The position numbers and the translations under genes were made by a program. From Deltaproteobacteria bacterium (GTDB lineage: Bacteria; Desulfobacterota; Deferrimicrobia; Deferrimicrobiales; Deferrimicrobiaceae), in contig JAKAHC010000010.1 in NCBI GenBank assembly GCA_021815305.1, positions 7,997-71,996 of the forward strand: a stretch of DNA of 64,000 nt, in the 5' to 3' direction. This document shows positions 27,419-37,630 of this stretch, piece by piece. The first letter of the stretch is position 1. Every line of letters starts with the position of its first letter. The notes beneath the pieces are model-generated. The model had not been told where the DNA came from. It was given only the letters and a program-made list of their open reading frames with translations, and searched no databases.

Positions 27419-28924
27419 TCAACGGTCCCTGGACGCGGAACCGGAAGGCGAGGCTTTGTTCCACCATCCCCCGCCGAGGGCCTGGAAGAGCGCGGCGGTG
27501 TCGGCATACCGCCCCGCCTGCGCCTGGACCAGAAGGATCCGCGCCGTTTGGTATTGCCGCTGGGCGTTGAGCAGCGCGAGATAGCTCACCGCGCCGAGCT
27601 GGAACTGCTTTCGCGCCAGGTCGAGAGTGTCCCTCGCGGCGGTTTCGGCTTCCGCCTGCGCCTGCAGCGTGCGGGCATCGAACTCCAGCGCGCGCAGCAC
27701 GTCGGCAACGTTTTGGAACGCCTGCAGGACCGTCTCGCGGTACTGCGCCGCAGCCTGGTCGTAGGCGGCGACGGCCGCCCGTCGGTCCGCCTCCAGCGCC
27801 CCGCCGTGGAAGACGGGCTGCAACAGGCCGGTCCCAAGGCTCCAGACGGACGCGCCGGCGCCGAACAGGTCGCCGAGACGCGACGCATCCGATCCGTAGC
27901 TGCCGGTCAGCGTGATCCGGGGGTAGAGGTTCGCCGTGGCAACCCCCACCGCCGCGCTCGCCGCGTGCATCAACTCCTCCGCCGAGCGGATGTCGGGGCG
28001 TTGCCGCGCCAGCGACGAGGGCAGGCTCACGGGCAGTTTCGCGGGCAGTTTCAGGTCGTCGAGGTGAAATTCCGGAAGATCCGCCGTGTCGCCCGGGAAC
28101 CTGCCGGCGAGGACCGCCAGCAGGTGGCGGGTCCGGGCGAGCTGCTTTTCCAGCGGCGGCAGGGCCGCCCGGGACTGCGCAAGCTGCGCGCGCTGGGCGA
28201 GCACGTCGGAGCGCGCCACCGCTCCCAGCCGGAACTGGTTCTCAACGACCGATAGCTGCTGCTCCTCGGTCGAAAGGATCTCCTGCGTGGCTCCGATCTG
28301 CCCGCGCAGGGAAGCCTCCTGGACCGCGGTGGTCACGATGTTGGAGGTGAGGGTGAGATAGGCCCCCTCGAGCTGGAACCTCCGGTAGTCGACCTGCGCT
28401 TGCAAGGCTTCCAATTCCCGCCGCGTCCCGCCGAACAGGTCCGGTGCGTACGAGACGTTCACCGAGGCGTTATAGAGGGTGAAAGGGTTGAACTGCCCGT
28501 TCGCCTGCCCGATCGAGGCTCCCGAAATCTTCTGCCGGGCAGCCGAAACGGAGCCGTCCACGCTCGGGAAAAGCGCACCGGATACGGCACGCCGGCTTTC
28601 CTGGGCCTGACGCAGGGTCGCCTCGGCCACGGAGAGCGTCGGGTTGTCCGCAAGCGCCTTGCGGATCCATCGATCCAGCGGCTCGGAACGGAACAGTTCC
28701 CACCATCGTGCCGGGATCTCCATGCCGGACACGAAGCGCTGGGAGTCGCCGCCGTCCACCGGCGCCCCGGTGGTCTCCGCCGGCAGAGGCGTTGCCGTAT
28801 AGGAGGAAGCGCCCGGAGCCTTCGGCCCCCGGAATTCCGGGCCGACCGCGCATCCGGTCCACAAAAGACCGGCGACCGTCGCGACGACGGTTATCCCCCG
28901 AACAGCTGCCACACCGTAACGCAT
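27419..28924 (-). CDS. NodT/OprM-family outer-membrane efflux lipoprotein
   Basis: LLWTGC lipobox, WWELF..ALADNPTL, PSSLARQRPDIRSAE, ALFQALGGGW. Start approximate. Confidence 0.92.
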   Translation of the reverse strand: MRYGVAAVRGITVVATVAGLLWTGCAVGPEFRGPKAPGASSYTATPLPAETTGAPVDGGDSQRFVSGMEIPARWWELFRSEPLDRWIRKALADNPTLSVAEATLRQAQESRRAVSGALFPSVDGSVSAARQKISGASIGQANGQFNPFTLYNASVNVSYAPDLFGGTRRELEALQAQVDYRRFQLEGAYLTLTSNIVTTAVQEASLRGQIGATQEILSTEEQQLSVVENQFRLGAVARSDVLAQRAQLAQSRAALPPLEKQLARTRHLLAVLAGRFPGDTADLPEFHLDDLKLPAKLPVSLPSSLARQRPDIRSAEELMHAASAAVGVATANLYPRITLTGSYGSDASRLGDLFGAGASVWSLGTGLLQPVFHGGALEADRRAAVAAYDQAAAQYRETVLQAFQNVADVLRALEFDARTLQAQAEAETAARDTLDLARKQFQLGAVSYLALLNAQRQYQTARILLVQAQAGRYADTAALFQALGGGWWNKASPSGSASRDR

Positions 28925-29035
28925 CGACAATGGATGCAGTTCCTCGCTTGTCCGGGGTCTTTGCCCCGCCATCCCTCTATCCGGATTCCCTGGGCTTTGT
29001 GCCATTAGATGCAGGTCGACGGGGAGACAGTTCCA

Positions 29036-30313
29036 TCACATGCCGCGGGAGCCGTGGGAACGGCGGGCGAGGGAAACCGCCATGGGACCGAGGATGCCCC
29101 CCAGGGCGAGGAGTCCGAAGGCGACTCCCCACGAGACCGGGTTCGCGCCTCCACCGGCCACGTCCAGGACGACGCCGAAGACCAACGGTCCGAGAAACGC
29201 CCCGAAAAACCCGATCGTGGAATGCACCGCCATCGTGGCCCCGCGGCGCCCGGGATCGGCGGCGTCGACGGCTCCGGCGGTCAGCGTCCCGGAATCGAGC
29301 ATGATGAGGACACCGTAGAGCAGGAGAAGCGGCAAAAGCCACGACGTCGGGCGCGGGGCGAGCAACCCCGCGCCGGCGGCGGCCAACGCCGTCACCGCGG
29401 TCACGCCCGTGACCGTACGACTCCTCCCCCACCGCTCGGCCAACTCGTTGCCGAGGATGCTCGAAGGCACGCCGATGAAGCCGATGACGCTCGCGATCGT
29501 GGTCGCCCTGAGACCCCATCGGTCGGGCAACGCCCGGTTGCGGAAGACCAGGAACGCGACGATCCAACTGCGGAACGTGAAGAGTTCCCAGCAGTGGACC
29601 CCGTAGGCGAGCATGTACGCCATCGCCGTCCGATTCCGGAGCACGGGTTTGAGGTCGGAGATCCTGAAAAGGGGCGCTTTCCCCTTCGCCGCGGAACGGC
29701 CGGCCGGGACGGCCAGCGTCACGAGGATCAGCGCCGCGATGCTCCCCGCTCCCGCCGCGACGAAGGCGGCCCGCCAGCCGCCGCGCGCGAAGATCTCCCC
29801 CGCCGCGAAGTAGGACATCGCCACCCCGATGCCGAAGGTGGACGTATAGAAGGACACCGCCCGGGACAACCTCTCCCCCCGGTAATGATCGGTCAGCGCC
29901 CGCAGCCCGGGCATGTAGGTGCCGGCGAGCCCGGCCCCCGCCAGGGCGCGCAGCGCAAGCGCCGACGGGAACCCCCCGGCGAGGACCGCGAAACCGAGGG
30001 AAGAGACGGTCGCCAGCAGGAGGCCCGCGATCATGATCCGCCGCGGGTCCATGCGGTCGGTGGCCGACACGAGGACCGGGACGCACAGCGTGTATCCGCC
30101 GAAAAAGATCCCGTTGATCCAGCCGGACTGGACGCTCGACAGCGCCCAGAGACGTTCGAGGGGAGGCTGCAGCGCCGAGAAGGTGGAGAACCCCGCCATG
30201 CTGAAGAACTCGGCGAGGCACAGGGCGAAGACGAGGAGGGCGGGGTTGCGGTGTCCGGGGGTCGCCGGCGGGAGCCCGCTCCCCTTCGGGTCTCGATCCG
30301 GCAGGCGGCTCAC
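29036..30313 (-). CDS. MFS transporter
   Basis: Hydrophobic tail of track ORF 29036..32395 (SATDRMDPRR, GNELAERWGR loop motifs). GTG start overlaps the glnS stop. Confidence 0.88.
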   Translation of the reverse strand: MSRLPDRDPKGSGLPPATPGHRNPALLVFALCLAEFFSMAGFSTFSALQPPLERLWALSSVQSGWINGIFFGGYTLCVPVLVSATDRMDPRRIMIAGLLLATVSSLGFAVLAGGFPSALALRALAGAGLAGTYMPGLRALTDHYRGERLSRAVSFYTSTFGIGVAMSYFAAGEIFARGGWRAAFVAAGAGSIAALILVTLAVPAGRSAAKGKAPLFRISDLKPVLRNRTAMAYMLAYGVHCWELFTFRSWIVAFLVFRNRALPDRWGLRATTIASVIGFIGVPSSILGNELAERWGRSRTVTGVTAVTALAAAGAGLLAPRPTSWLLPLLLLYGVLIMLDSGTLTAGAVDAADPGRRGATMAVHSTIGFFGAFLGPLVFGVVLDVAGGGANPVSWGVAFGLLALGGILGPMAVSLARRSHGSRGM

Positions 30314-32682
30314 CCCAGTTTGCGTCGGATCAGGTCCTGCACCGCCTTCGGGTCGGCCTTCCCCCCGGTGGCTTTCATCACCTGCCCGGTGAACATGCCC
30401 AGGAGACTGGTCTTCCCCTCGCGGTACGCGGCCGCCTTGTCCGGCATCGCGGCGACCGCGGCGTCGACCGCCGCCGCAAGGTCCGCATCGGATACCGACC
30501 GGTCCAGCCCCATGCGCCGGATGATCGCGAGCGGCGGCCCCCCGCCTGCCATCATTTCCGCGAAGACGGCTTTCGCCGCGGTAGAGGTGATGGTCCCCGC
30601 CTCCACGGCCCGGACCAGCTCCGCCAGCTCCCCGCCCCGGAACGGCAGTTCGCCGACGGGCCTCCCCTTGAGCTCCCGCAGGACGTCGTTGGCCACCCAG
30701 TTGGCGACGGCTTTCGCGTTGGCGTGCGCCCGGACGGAGGCATCGAAGAAACGCGCCACCTCCGCATCCCCCGTCAGCACGTCGGCCAGTTCGGGGGAAA
30801 GCCCCAGGTCGGCGACGTACTCCTCGTACCGCCGGGCGAGGAAAGGGTTCTCCGCCCTGGCGCGGACCCGCTCGTCGGAGATCGTCCCCCTGGAAGGGCC
30901 GGCATCCCCCTTCGGCGACGCCGTCCTCCGGGCAGGCATCGCCCCCCGGGGTTTCCCACCGCCAGCCGATGCGGTCCTGTCCCCCTTGTAGGTGTCCTTC
31001 AGGCCGATGATGCGGTTGAACACGAGGGCATCCGGTTTCGAGTCGACGGGGTCGGCGATGAAGTAGCCGTGGCGGACGAACTGGAACCGCTCGCCGGGTT
31101 TGGCGCCGGCCAGCACGGGTTCGAGGAGGCACTCGGTAAGGATTTCCACGGAGTCGGGGTTCAGGCAGTCCTTGAACGTCCTGCCCTCTTCCGCCTCCTC
31201 GGGATCGGGCGCGGTGAACAGCCGGTCGTACAGGCGCACCGCGGCGGGCACGGCGTGCCCGGCGGAGACCCACTGGATGGCCGCGGTCCTGCCTCTCCCG
31301 GCGCCGGCCGGTTTCCCCATCGAGTCGGGATCGTACGAGCATCGCAACTCGGCCACTTCCCCGGTCGCCGGGTTCCTGACCGCCTCCTCGCATCGCAGGA
31401 TGCAGGCGTCCCGAAGCCGCACCGCGCCGCCGGGACGAAGCCGCATCCAGCCGGGTGGAGGGTCCTCGCTGAAGTCGGTCCGCTCGATGAACACCTCCCG
31501 GGTCAACGGAACCGCCCTCGTTCCCTCCCGGGGGATGTCGTGAGGCCAGTAGGGGGCTTCGCACCATTCCACCTTCCCCGCCGGCCAGTTTGCGATCGTG
31601 ACCTTCAACGGCCGCAGGACGCCCATGACGCGCGGCGCGCGGGCGTTCAGGTCGTCCCGGATCGCGTCTTCGAGCAACTCCATGCTGACGCGGCTGTTGG
31701 CCTTGTCCACGCCGATGCGCGAGGTGAAGAGACGGATCCCCTCCGGGGTGTACCCGCGCCGGCGCATTCCGGCGAGGGTCGGCATGCGCGGGTCGTCCCA
31801 CCCGGCGACGTCGCCCTCCTCCACGAGCCGGAGCAGCTTGCGCTTGCTCATGACCGTGTAGTCGAGGTTCAGCCGCGCGAACTCGTACTGGCGCGGACGC
31901 GGCTCGGGGAAAAGGCGGTCTACGAGCCAGTCGTAGATCGCCCGGTTGTTCTCGAACTCGAGGGTGCAGATGGAGTGCGTGATGTTCTCGATGGCGTCGG
32001 ACAGGGGGTGGGCGAAATCGTACATCGGGTAGATGCACCAGCGGTCGCCCGTCCGGTAATGCGTCACGTGCCGGATGCGGTAGAGGAGCGGGTCCCGCAT
32101 CTTCATGTTCTTCGCCCCCATGTCGATCTTCGCGCGCAGTACATGCGCCCCGTCGGGGAACTCTCCGGCACGCATCCGGGCGAAAAGGTCCAGGTTTTCC
32201 GCGACGGACCGGTTGCGGTACGGGCTTTCCCGCCCCGGCTCCGTCACCGTCCCCCGGTGCCTGCGGATCTCCTCCTCGTCCAGGCTGTCGACGTATGCAT
32301 TGCCGTCCTCGATCAGGCGGACGGCGAGCCGGTAAAGCCGCTCGTAGTAGTCCGAGGCGAAAAAGAGCTTGTCCTGCCAGTCGAATCCCAGCCACCGGAC
32401 ATCCGCGAGGATCGACTCGACGTATTTCATGTCCTCGGTTTCGGGGTTCGTGTCGTCAAACCGCATGTGGCAGACGCCCCCGAAATCGCGCGCGATGCCG
32501 AAATTGATGCAGATGGACTTGGCGTGACCGATGTGCAGGTATCCGTTCGGTTCCGGCGGGAAACGCGTAACGACCTTCCCGCCGTAACGGCCCGCGGCGG
32601 TGTCCCTCCGGACGATCTCGCGGAGAAAATCGAAGGTTTCCCTGCCTTGAGGCGCCGGCGGTTTGGATGCAGGGTTCGGCAT
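30310..32682 (-). CDS. glnS: Glutamine-tRNA ligase with C-terminal GatB/YqeY-like domain
   Basis: TRFPPEPNGYLHIGHAKS, MSKR, FQFVRHGYF, then a YqeY-like tail (VANWVANDVL...GMFTGQVMKATGGKADP). Confidence 0.95.
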   Translation of the reverse strand: MPNPASKPPAPQGRETFDFLREIVRRDTAAGRYGGKVVTRFPPEPNGYLHIGHAKSICINFGIARDFGGVCHMRFDDTNPETEDMKYVESILADVRWLGFDWQDKLFFASDYYERLYRLAVRLIEDGNAYVDSLDEEEIRRHRGTVTEPGRESPYRNRSVAENLDLFARMRAGEFPDGAHVLRAKIDMGAKNMKMRDPLLYRIRHVTHYRTGDRWCIYPMYDFAHPLSDAIENITHSICTLEFENNRAIYDWLVDRLFPEPRPRQYEFARLNLDYTVMSKRKLLRLVEEGDVAGWDDPRMPTLAGMRRRGYTPEGIRLFTSRIGVDKANSRVSMELLEDAIRDDLNARAPRVMGVLRPLKVTIANWPAGKVEWCEAPYWPHDIPREGTRAVPLTREVFIERTDFSEDPPPGWMRLRPGGAVRLRDACILRCEEAVRNPATGEVAELRCSYDPDSMGKPAGAGRGRTAAIQWVSAGHAVPAAVRLYDRLFTAPDPEEAEEGRTFKDCLNPDSVEILTECLLEPVLAGAKPGERFQFVRHGYFIADPVDSKPDALVFNRIIGLKDTYKGDRTASAGGGKPRGAMPARRTASPKGDAGPSRGTISDERVRARAENPFLARRYEEYVADLGLSPELADVLTGDAEVARFFDASVRAHANAKAVANWVANDVLRELKGRPVGELPFRGGELAELVRAVEAGTITSTAAKAVFAEMMAGGGPPLAIIRRMGLDRSVSDADLAAAVDAAVAAMPDKAAAYREGKTSLLGMFTGQVMKATGGKADPKAVQDLIRRKLG

Positions 32683-32689
32683 GAATGCC

Positions 32690-32718
32690 TATTTAGCATG
32701 CCGCAGGGGCCGTGTCAA
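32690..32718 (-). promoter_or_regulatory. glnS promoter, predicted leaderless
   Basis: Minus strand TTGACA-17 nt-TAAATA with TGn extension, 7 nt before the ATG, no Shine-Dalgarno. Confidence 0.6.
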
Positions 32719-32930
32719 AACCTCGGGGCGCATCGCCGCCCGTCGGAATCCGAAACCGGACAGGGCGAATGATTCCGAATTTTCTGTTTTTCCATGGGAA
32801 GTTAGGTGAGTTGCGCGTGATTGTTTTTCCCTCGCCGCCTATCGGGGGTATACTGTACGCCGTCCGGAGGTTGACGTACCGGATGGAAACGAGCGAAAAT
32901 TAAGTTTTATCATCCCTACCCGGGGACAGG

Positions 32931-33833
32931 ATGCGCAAACCGGTTTACCTCGCCGTAGTGGGGGTTTCCATCGTTGTGTCGGCAGTTTCCCTCGGCGTCG
33001 CGTTGACGCGATACGTGTCCCTGCGCGCCTACGCTCCGAAGGCTCCCCTCCGAACCTCCGCGGCGGCCCCGGTACGGCCCGCCTCCTCCGTTCCCCTCGA
33101 CCAGTGGCGAAACCTCTTCGCCCCGTCGCAGGGGATGAAGATCCCTTCCCGTCTCCCCACCGTGAGCGCGAAGGGGGCACAGCCCGCGGTCCGTTCGAAC
33201 TTCGTCCTCGTCGGCACGATCACCTCCCCCGACCCGTCCTCCCGGCGGGCGGCCCTCTGGACGAACGGCATGAAGGAACCCCGGCTGTTCCGGGAGAACG
33301 AGGAAGTGGAGCCCGGCGCGTTCCTCACCTCCATCGAGCGGGACAAGGTCTGGATCACGAGGGGCGGGGAACGGCAGATGCTGGAGCTCCTCCCCGTCGG
33401 AAGCCGCACCCGGGCGAGCGCCCCTCCCGAGGCGCCGGTTCCCGCAGCCCGCGCGGCGGCCATGCCCGCCGCCGCTCCTTCCCCCGGTCCGCTCCACGTG
33501 ACGCGCCTCGGGGATTCCACTTTCACCATCGACGAGGCGGGGATCGACCAGATCTCGAAGAACATCAACCAGTTCATGACCCAGGTCCGGATCGTTCCCT
33601 ATTTCGAGGGGAACAGGTCCGCGGGGTATCGCATCGCCGCGATTCGTCCGGGCACGGCATTCGAGCAGCTCGGATTCCAGGGAGGCGACGTCCTGCAGCA
33701 GGTCAACGGCGTCGAGCTCTCCTCCCCCGAGAAGATGTACACCATCTTCCAGAACCTCAAGGACGAGAAGACGGTGGCCGTGAACATCCTCCGGCAGGGA
33801 CGTAAAAACACGCTGACATACGAAGTCCGATGA
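32931..33833 (+). CDS. gspC: Type II secretion protein C (with PDZ domain)
   Basis: N-terminal TM, LVGTI HR domain, PDZ (GYRIAAIRPGTAFEQLGFQGGDVLQQVNG); first gene of the gsp operon. Confidence 0.88.
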   Translation: MRKPVYLAVVGVSIVVSAVSLGVALTRYVSLRAYAPKAPLRTSAAAPVRPASSVPLDQWRNLFAPSQGMKIPSRLPTVSAKGAQPAVRSNFVLVGTITSPDPSSRRAALWTNGMKEPRLFRENEEVEPGAFLTSIERDKVWITRGGERQMLELLPVGSRTRASAPPEAPVPAARAAAMPAAAPSPGPLHVTRLGDSTFTIDEAGIDQISKNINQFMTQVRIVPYFEGNRSAGYRIAAIRPGTAFEQLGFQGGDVLQQVNGVELSSPEKMYTIFQNLKDEKTVAVNILRQGRKNTLTYEVR

Positions 33834-36097
33834 CCAGGGAGACCCCGATGCGATTCACGGCCCTATTGACCGCCGCATTCCTTTTCCTGTGCGCCGCCGC
33901 GCATGCCGCCGATCCGCCGACCGTGCCGGAACCCCCGCCCGGAGCGGCGCAACCGGAAAACCTCCAGGCCGCCCCCGCGGTCCCGTCTCTTCCGGCCGTC
34001 CCCCCACCCGCGGCGGTTCCCCCGCCCGGGGCTGCGCCGCCGGAGCAGGCTCCTCCCGCCGCGGCCGCACCGCCGGTCCAGCCCCCTCCCGTCGCCGAAA
34101 CAAGGCCCGCGCCGCCGCCCGCGAAAGCCGCCGGGGCTTCGCCGGAAAAACCAGGCGCCTCCCCGGTCTATCTTTCGATGGACTTCACCGACGTCGAACT
34201 GCCGGTCCTCATCAAGTTCATGAGCGAGCAGACAAGGAAGAACTTCATCTTCGACGAAAGGGTCCAGGGGAAGATCACGATCATCTCCCCGCGGAAGGTG
34301 ACGGTGGACGAGGCGTACAACGTCTTCCTTTCCGTGCTGCAGGTCAAAGGGTTCACCACGGTGGAGCAGGGCAACACGATCAAGATCGTCGCCGCGCGGG
34401 AGGCCCGCCAGGACACGATCCCGACGGGGGAGACCCATGGGATGCCGGGGGCGGAGTTCATCACCCGCCTCATCCCCCTCCAGTACCTCGACAGCGCGGA
34501 GGTGGTTCCGCTGATCACCCCGCTGGTTTCCAAGGACGGCCTGGTGTCGGCGTTCGGTTCCTCCAACACCCTCCTCCTGATCGACTCGCGCTCCAACGTC
34601 GACCGGCTTTTCAAGATCCTCTCCGAGCTCGACGTGGAGGGAACACCGGGGAACCTCAAGGTCTTCCACCTCACGTACGCTTCCGCCGCCGACACGGCGA
34701 AGACGCTGGACAGCCTGTTCCAGGAATCCCCTTCCGCGACCCCGACCCGGGGCAGGCCCCGGGGCATTTCCCGGCGCCGCGGCGTTCAGACGAAATTCAT
34801 CCCCGAGGCGCGCACCAACAGCCTGATCGTGTTCGCCACGGAAGAGGTCCTCGGGGAAGTGGCGAACCTGGTGCAGCAGCTCGACGTCCCCGTCTCCGCC
34901 GGCGCGGGGAAGATCAACGTGTATTATCTGGAGAACGCGGACGCGGAAGAGGTGGCCAAGGTCCTCGCGTCCCTGTCCGAGAAGCGGCCGGGACAGCAGC
35001 CCACCCCCGTCGCGACCCCGGTGATGCCCGGCGCCCGGCAGCCGACCGTGAAAGACGTCCTTTCCGCGGAGCTCGAGGGCGGCGTGAAGGTCACGCCCGA
35101 CAAGGCGACCAACTCCCTCATCATCGTAGCCTCCCCGAACGACTACCAGACGCTCGTCGACGTCGTCAAAAAGCTCGACATCCGCCGCCGGCAGGTGTAC
35201 GTCCAGGCGGTGATCATGGAGGTCACGCTCAACAAGGAGCGGGACCTGGGCGCGGAGTTCCGCGGGGCGGTGCAGACCGGGGGCAGCAACGGCGCGGTCC
35301 TGAGCGGAACGAACTTCGGGTTCACCGGCGGAGTGAACGACCTGTTCACCGCGCTCGCGACCGGGAACCCCCTCGTCCTCTCGGGCACCGGCCTGATCGC
35401 CGGGGGGATCGCCGGGAACGTCACCCTGCCGAACGGGACGAAGATCCCCGCGGTCACCGCGATCCTGCGCGCCGCGCAGACGGCGAGCAACGTGAACATC
35501 CTTTCCTCCCCGCACCTGCTCACCCTCGACAACAAGGAGGCGGAGATCATCGTCGGCCAGAACGTCCCCTTCATCACGAGCCAGTCCAGGGACACCACGA
35601 ACCTCGCCAACGTCATCAACACCGTCGAGCGCAAGGACGTCGGCATCACCCTTCGCCTGACCCCGCACATCCACGAGAGCGACTTCGTGAGTCTCGAGCT
35701 CTACCAGGAGTCGTCCGCCATCGTCGGGGACACCCTCCTGAACACGAGCCAGGTGGGACCGACGACCACGAAACGGTCCGCCAAGACAAGCGTGCTCGTG
35801 AAAAACGGCGACACGGTGGTGTTGGGCGGCATGATGCAGGAGACCTACACGACCACGAACAGCCAGGTCCCGCTCCTTGGGGACATCCCGCTGCTCGGCA
35901 ACCTCTTCAAGTTCAAGTCCGTGCAGCGGCAGAAGACGAACCTGCTCATCCTGCTCACCCCGCAGATCATCCGGGAGCCGGGACAGATGGCGCCGACATC
36001 GCAGGAGCAGCAGAAAAAGATGACCGAAGATTTCAACCGGCAGAAAAAGGAGGTCGAGAGCACGTTCCCCGACCCGAACCCGGAAAGGAAGCCGTGA
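33830..36097 (+). CDS. gspD: Type II secretion secretin D
   Basis: N0 domain (MDFTDVELPVLIK), N domains, DIRRRQVYVQA, LSSPHLLTLDNKEA, PLLGDIPLLGNLFK. Confidence 0.95.
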   Translation: MTRETPMRFTALLTAAFLFLCAAAHAADPPTVPEPPPGAAQPENLQAAPAVPSLPAVPPPAAVPPPGAAPPEQAPPAAAAPPVQPPPVAETRPAPPPAKAAGASPEKPGASPVYLSMDFTDVELPVLIKFMSEQTRKNFIFDERVQGKITIISPRKVTVDEAYNVFLSVLQVKGFTTVEQGNTIKIVAAREARQDTIPTGETHGMPGAEFITRLIPLQYLDSAEVVPLITPLVSKDGLVSAFGSSNTLLLIDSRSNVDRLFKILSELDVEGTPGNLKVFHLTYASAADTAKTLDSLFQESPSATPTRGRPRGISRRRGVQTKFIPEARTNSLIVFATEEVLGEVANLVQQLDVPVSAGAGKINVYYLENADAEEVAKVLASLSEKRPGQQPTPVATPVMPGARQPTVKDVLSAELEGGVKVTPDKATNSLIIVASPNDYQTLVDVVKKLDIRRRQVYVQAVIMEVTLNKERDLGAEFRGAVQTGGSNGAVLSGTNFGFTGGVNDLFTALATGNPLVLSGTGLIAGGIAGNVTLPNGTKIPAVTAILRAAQTASNVNILSSPHLLTLDNKEAEIIVGQNVPFITSQSRDTTNLANVINTVERKDVGITLRLTPHIHESDFVSLELYQESSAIVGDTLLNTSQVGPTTTKRSAKTSVLVKNGDTVVLGGMMQETYTTTNSQVPLLGDIPLLGNLFKFKSVQRQKTNLLILLTPQIIREPGQMAPTSQEQQKKMTEDFNRQKKEVESTFPDPNPERKP

Positions 36098-36129
36098 CCG
36101 GGGCCTCGAAACCCCGGAAAGGGACGGAA

Positions 36130-37623
36130 ATGGCGGAGTTCATCCCGGAAACCTCTCTGGTCGGGAAGATCCCGATCACGTACGCCCGGAAGAACCTGCT
36201 CCTCCCCTGCCGTACGGCGTCCGGGGAACTGGTCCTGGTCTCGGGGAACCCCGGGGCCCGGGAGGCGATCGACGAGATGCGGTTCCTCGCCGGGCCCGCG
36301 CGGGTCGTCCCGGCGGCGGGCGAGGAGATCCTCCCCCTCATCGACGCGGCGTACGAGCGGGTCCAGGCCCCGGAGCGGGAGATCGCCGAGGGACTGTCGG
36401 GCGAGTGGGACATCGACGTGGCGGCCACCATCGAAGAGACCAAGGACCTCCTCGATTCCCCGGACGAGGCGCCGGTCATCCGGTTCGTCCACTCCGTCCT
36501 GTTCCGGGCGATCCGGGAGCGGTCCAGCGACATCCATTTCGAACCGTACGAGAAAGAGCTCGTCGTCCGCAACCGGGTGGACGGAATCCTCTACCCGATG
36601 GTCACCGCCCCCAGGAAGTGGCACGCCCCCGCGGTGTCCCGCGTCAAAGTCATGGCGGGCCTGGACATCGCGGAGCGCCGCCTGCCGCAGGACGGGAGGA
36701 TCCGGATCCGGCTCGGAGGGAAGGAGATCGACATCCGCGTCTCGACGGTCCCCACCTCGTTCGGAGAGCGGGCCGTGCTGCGCATCCTCGACCGCACCCA
36801 CATCCTCCTCGGACTGACCGACCTGGGGCTTGCCGACAGCGACCTGGCCTCCCTCGAGCGCTTTCTCGCCCGCTCGAACGGCATCCTCCTGGTCACGGGC
36901 CCGACGGGGTCCGGGAAGACCACCACCCTGTACGCGGCGCTGCGCCGCCTCGACTCCGGCACCAAGAACATCATCACCATCGAGGACCCGGTGGAGTACC
37001 AGATCCGCGGCATCGGACAGATCCAGGTCAACCCGAAGATCCAGTTGACCTTCGCCGGCGGCCTGCGATCGATCCTGCGGCAGGACCCCGACATCATCAT
37101 GGTGGGGGAAATCCGGGACGCGGAGACCGCCGAGATCGCGATCCAGGCCTCCCTCACCGGGCACCTCGTCCTCTCCACGCTGCACACCAACGACTCCGCA
37201 AGCGCCGTGACCCGGCTGGTCGACATGGGGATCGAACCGTTCCTCGTGGCGTCTTCCCTTTCGGGGGTGATCGCGCAGCGCCTCGTGCGCCGCCTCTGCC
37301 CCGAGTGCAAGGTCCCCTACGAGCCCGGCGCCGGGGAGTCCCGGAGCATCGGGCTCTCAGCCTCCCCATCGGTCCCCTTCTACCGCCCCGCGGGGTGCGC
37401 GAAGTGCCTCAACACGGGGTACGCCGGGCGTACGGGGCTCTACGAGATCCTGCCCGCCGACGAAGCGATCCGGTCGATGATCCTGACCCGCGCCGACGCG
37501 GACGGCATCCGTGCCCTCGCCGTCTCCCGCGGCATGCGGACGATCCTCGCCGCGGGCGCGGAGAAGGTGGCGGAGGGCGTAACCTCGGTGGAGGAGGTCC
37601 TCCGCGTAACGCAGGAGGATTAG
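36130..37623 (+). CDS. gspE: Type II secretion ATPase E
   Basis: GPTGSGKTTT Walker A, LRQDPDIIMVGEIRD, CPEC...CAKC zinc motif. An alternative GTG start exists at 36094. Confidence 0.95.
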   Translation: MAEFIPETSLVGKIPITYARKNLLLPCRTASGELVLVSGNPGAREAIDEMRFLAGPARVVPAAGEEILPLIDAAYERVQAPEREIAEGLSGEWDIDVAATIEETKDLLDSPDEAPVIRFVHSVLFRAIRERSSDIHFEPYEKELVVRNRVDGILYPMVTAPRKWHAPAVSRVKVMAGLDIAERRLPQDGRIRIRLGGKEIDIRVSTVPTSFGERAVLRILDRTHILLGLTDLGLADSDLASLERFLARSNGILLVTGPTGSGKTTTLYAALRRLDSGTKNIITIEDPVEYQIRGIGQIQVNPKIQLTFAGGLRSILRQDPDIIMVGEIRDAETAEIAIQASLTGHLVLSTLHTNDSASAVTRLVDMGIEPFLVASSLSGVIAQRLVRRLCPECKVPYEPGAGESRSIGLSASPSVPFYRPAGCAKCLNTGYAGRTGLYEILPADEAIRSMILTRADADGIRALAVSRGMRTILAAGAEKVAEGVTSVEEVLRVTQED

Positions 37624-37630
37624 GCGCTAC

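Noticed and set aside
29036-32395. Apparent 1119-aa MFS fusion ORF
   Set aside because: The upstream part is an off-frame overlap of glnS; only 29036..30313 has transporter character.
33889-37623. Apparent 1244-aa GspE with a long N-terminal extension
   Set aside because: The extension is an alternative frame of gspD; GspE starts at about 36094-36130.
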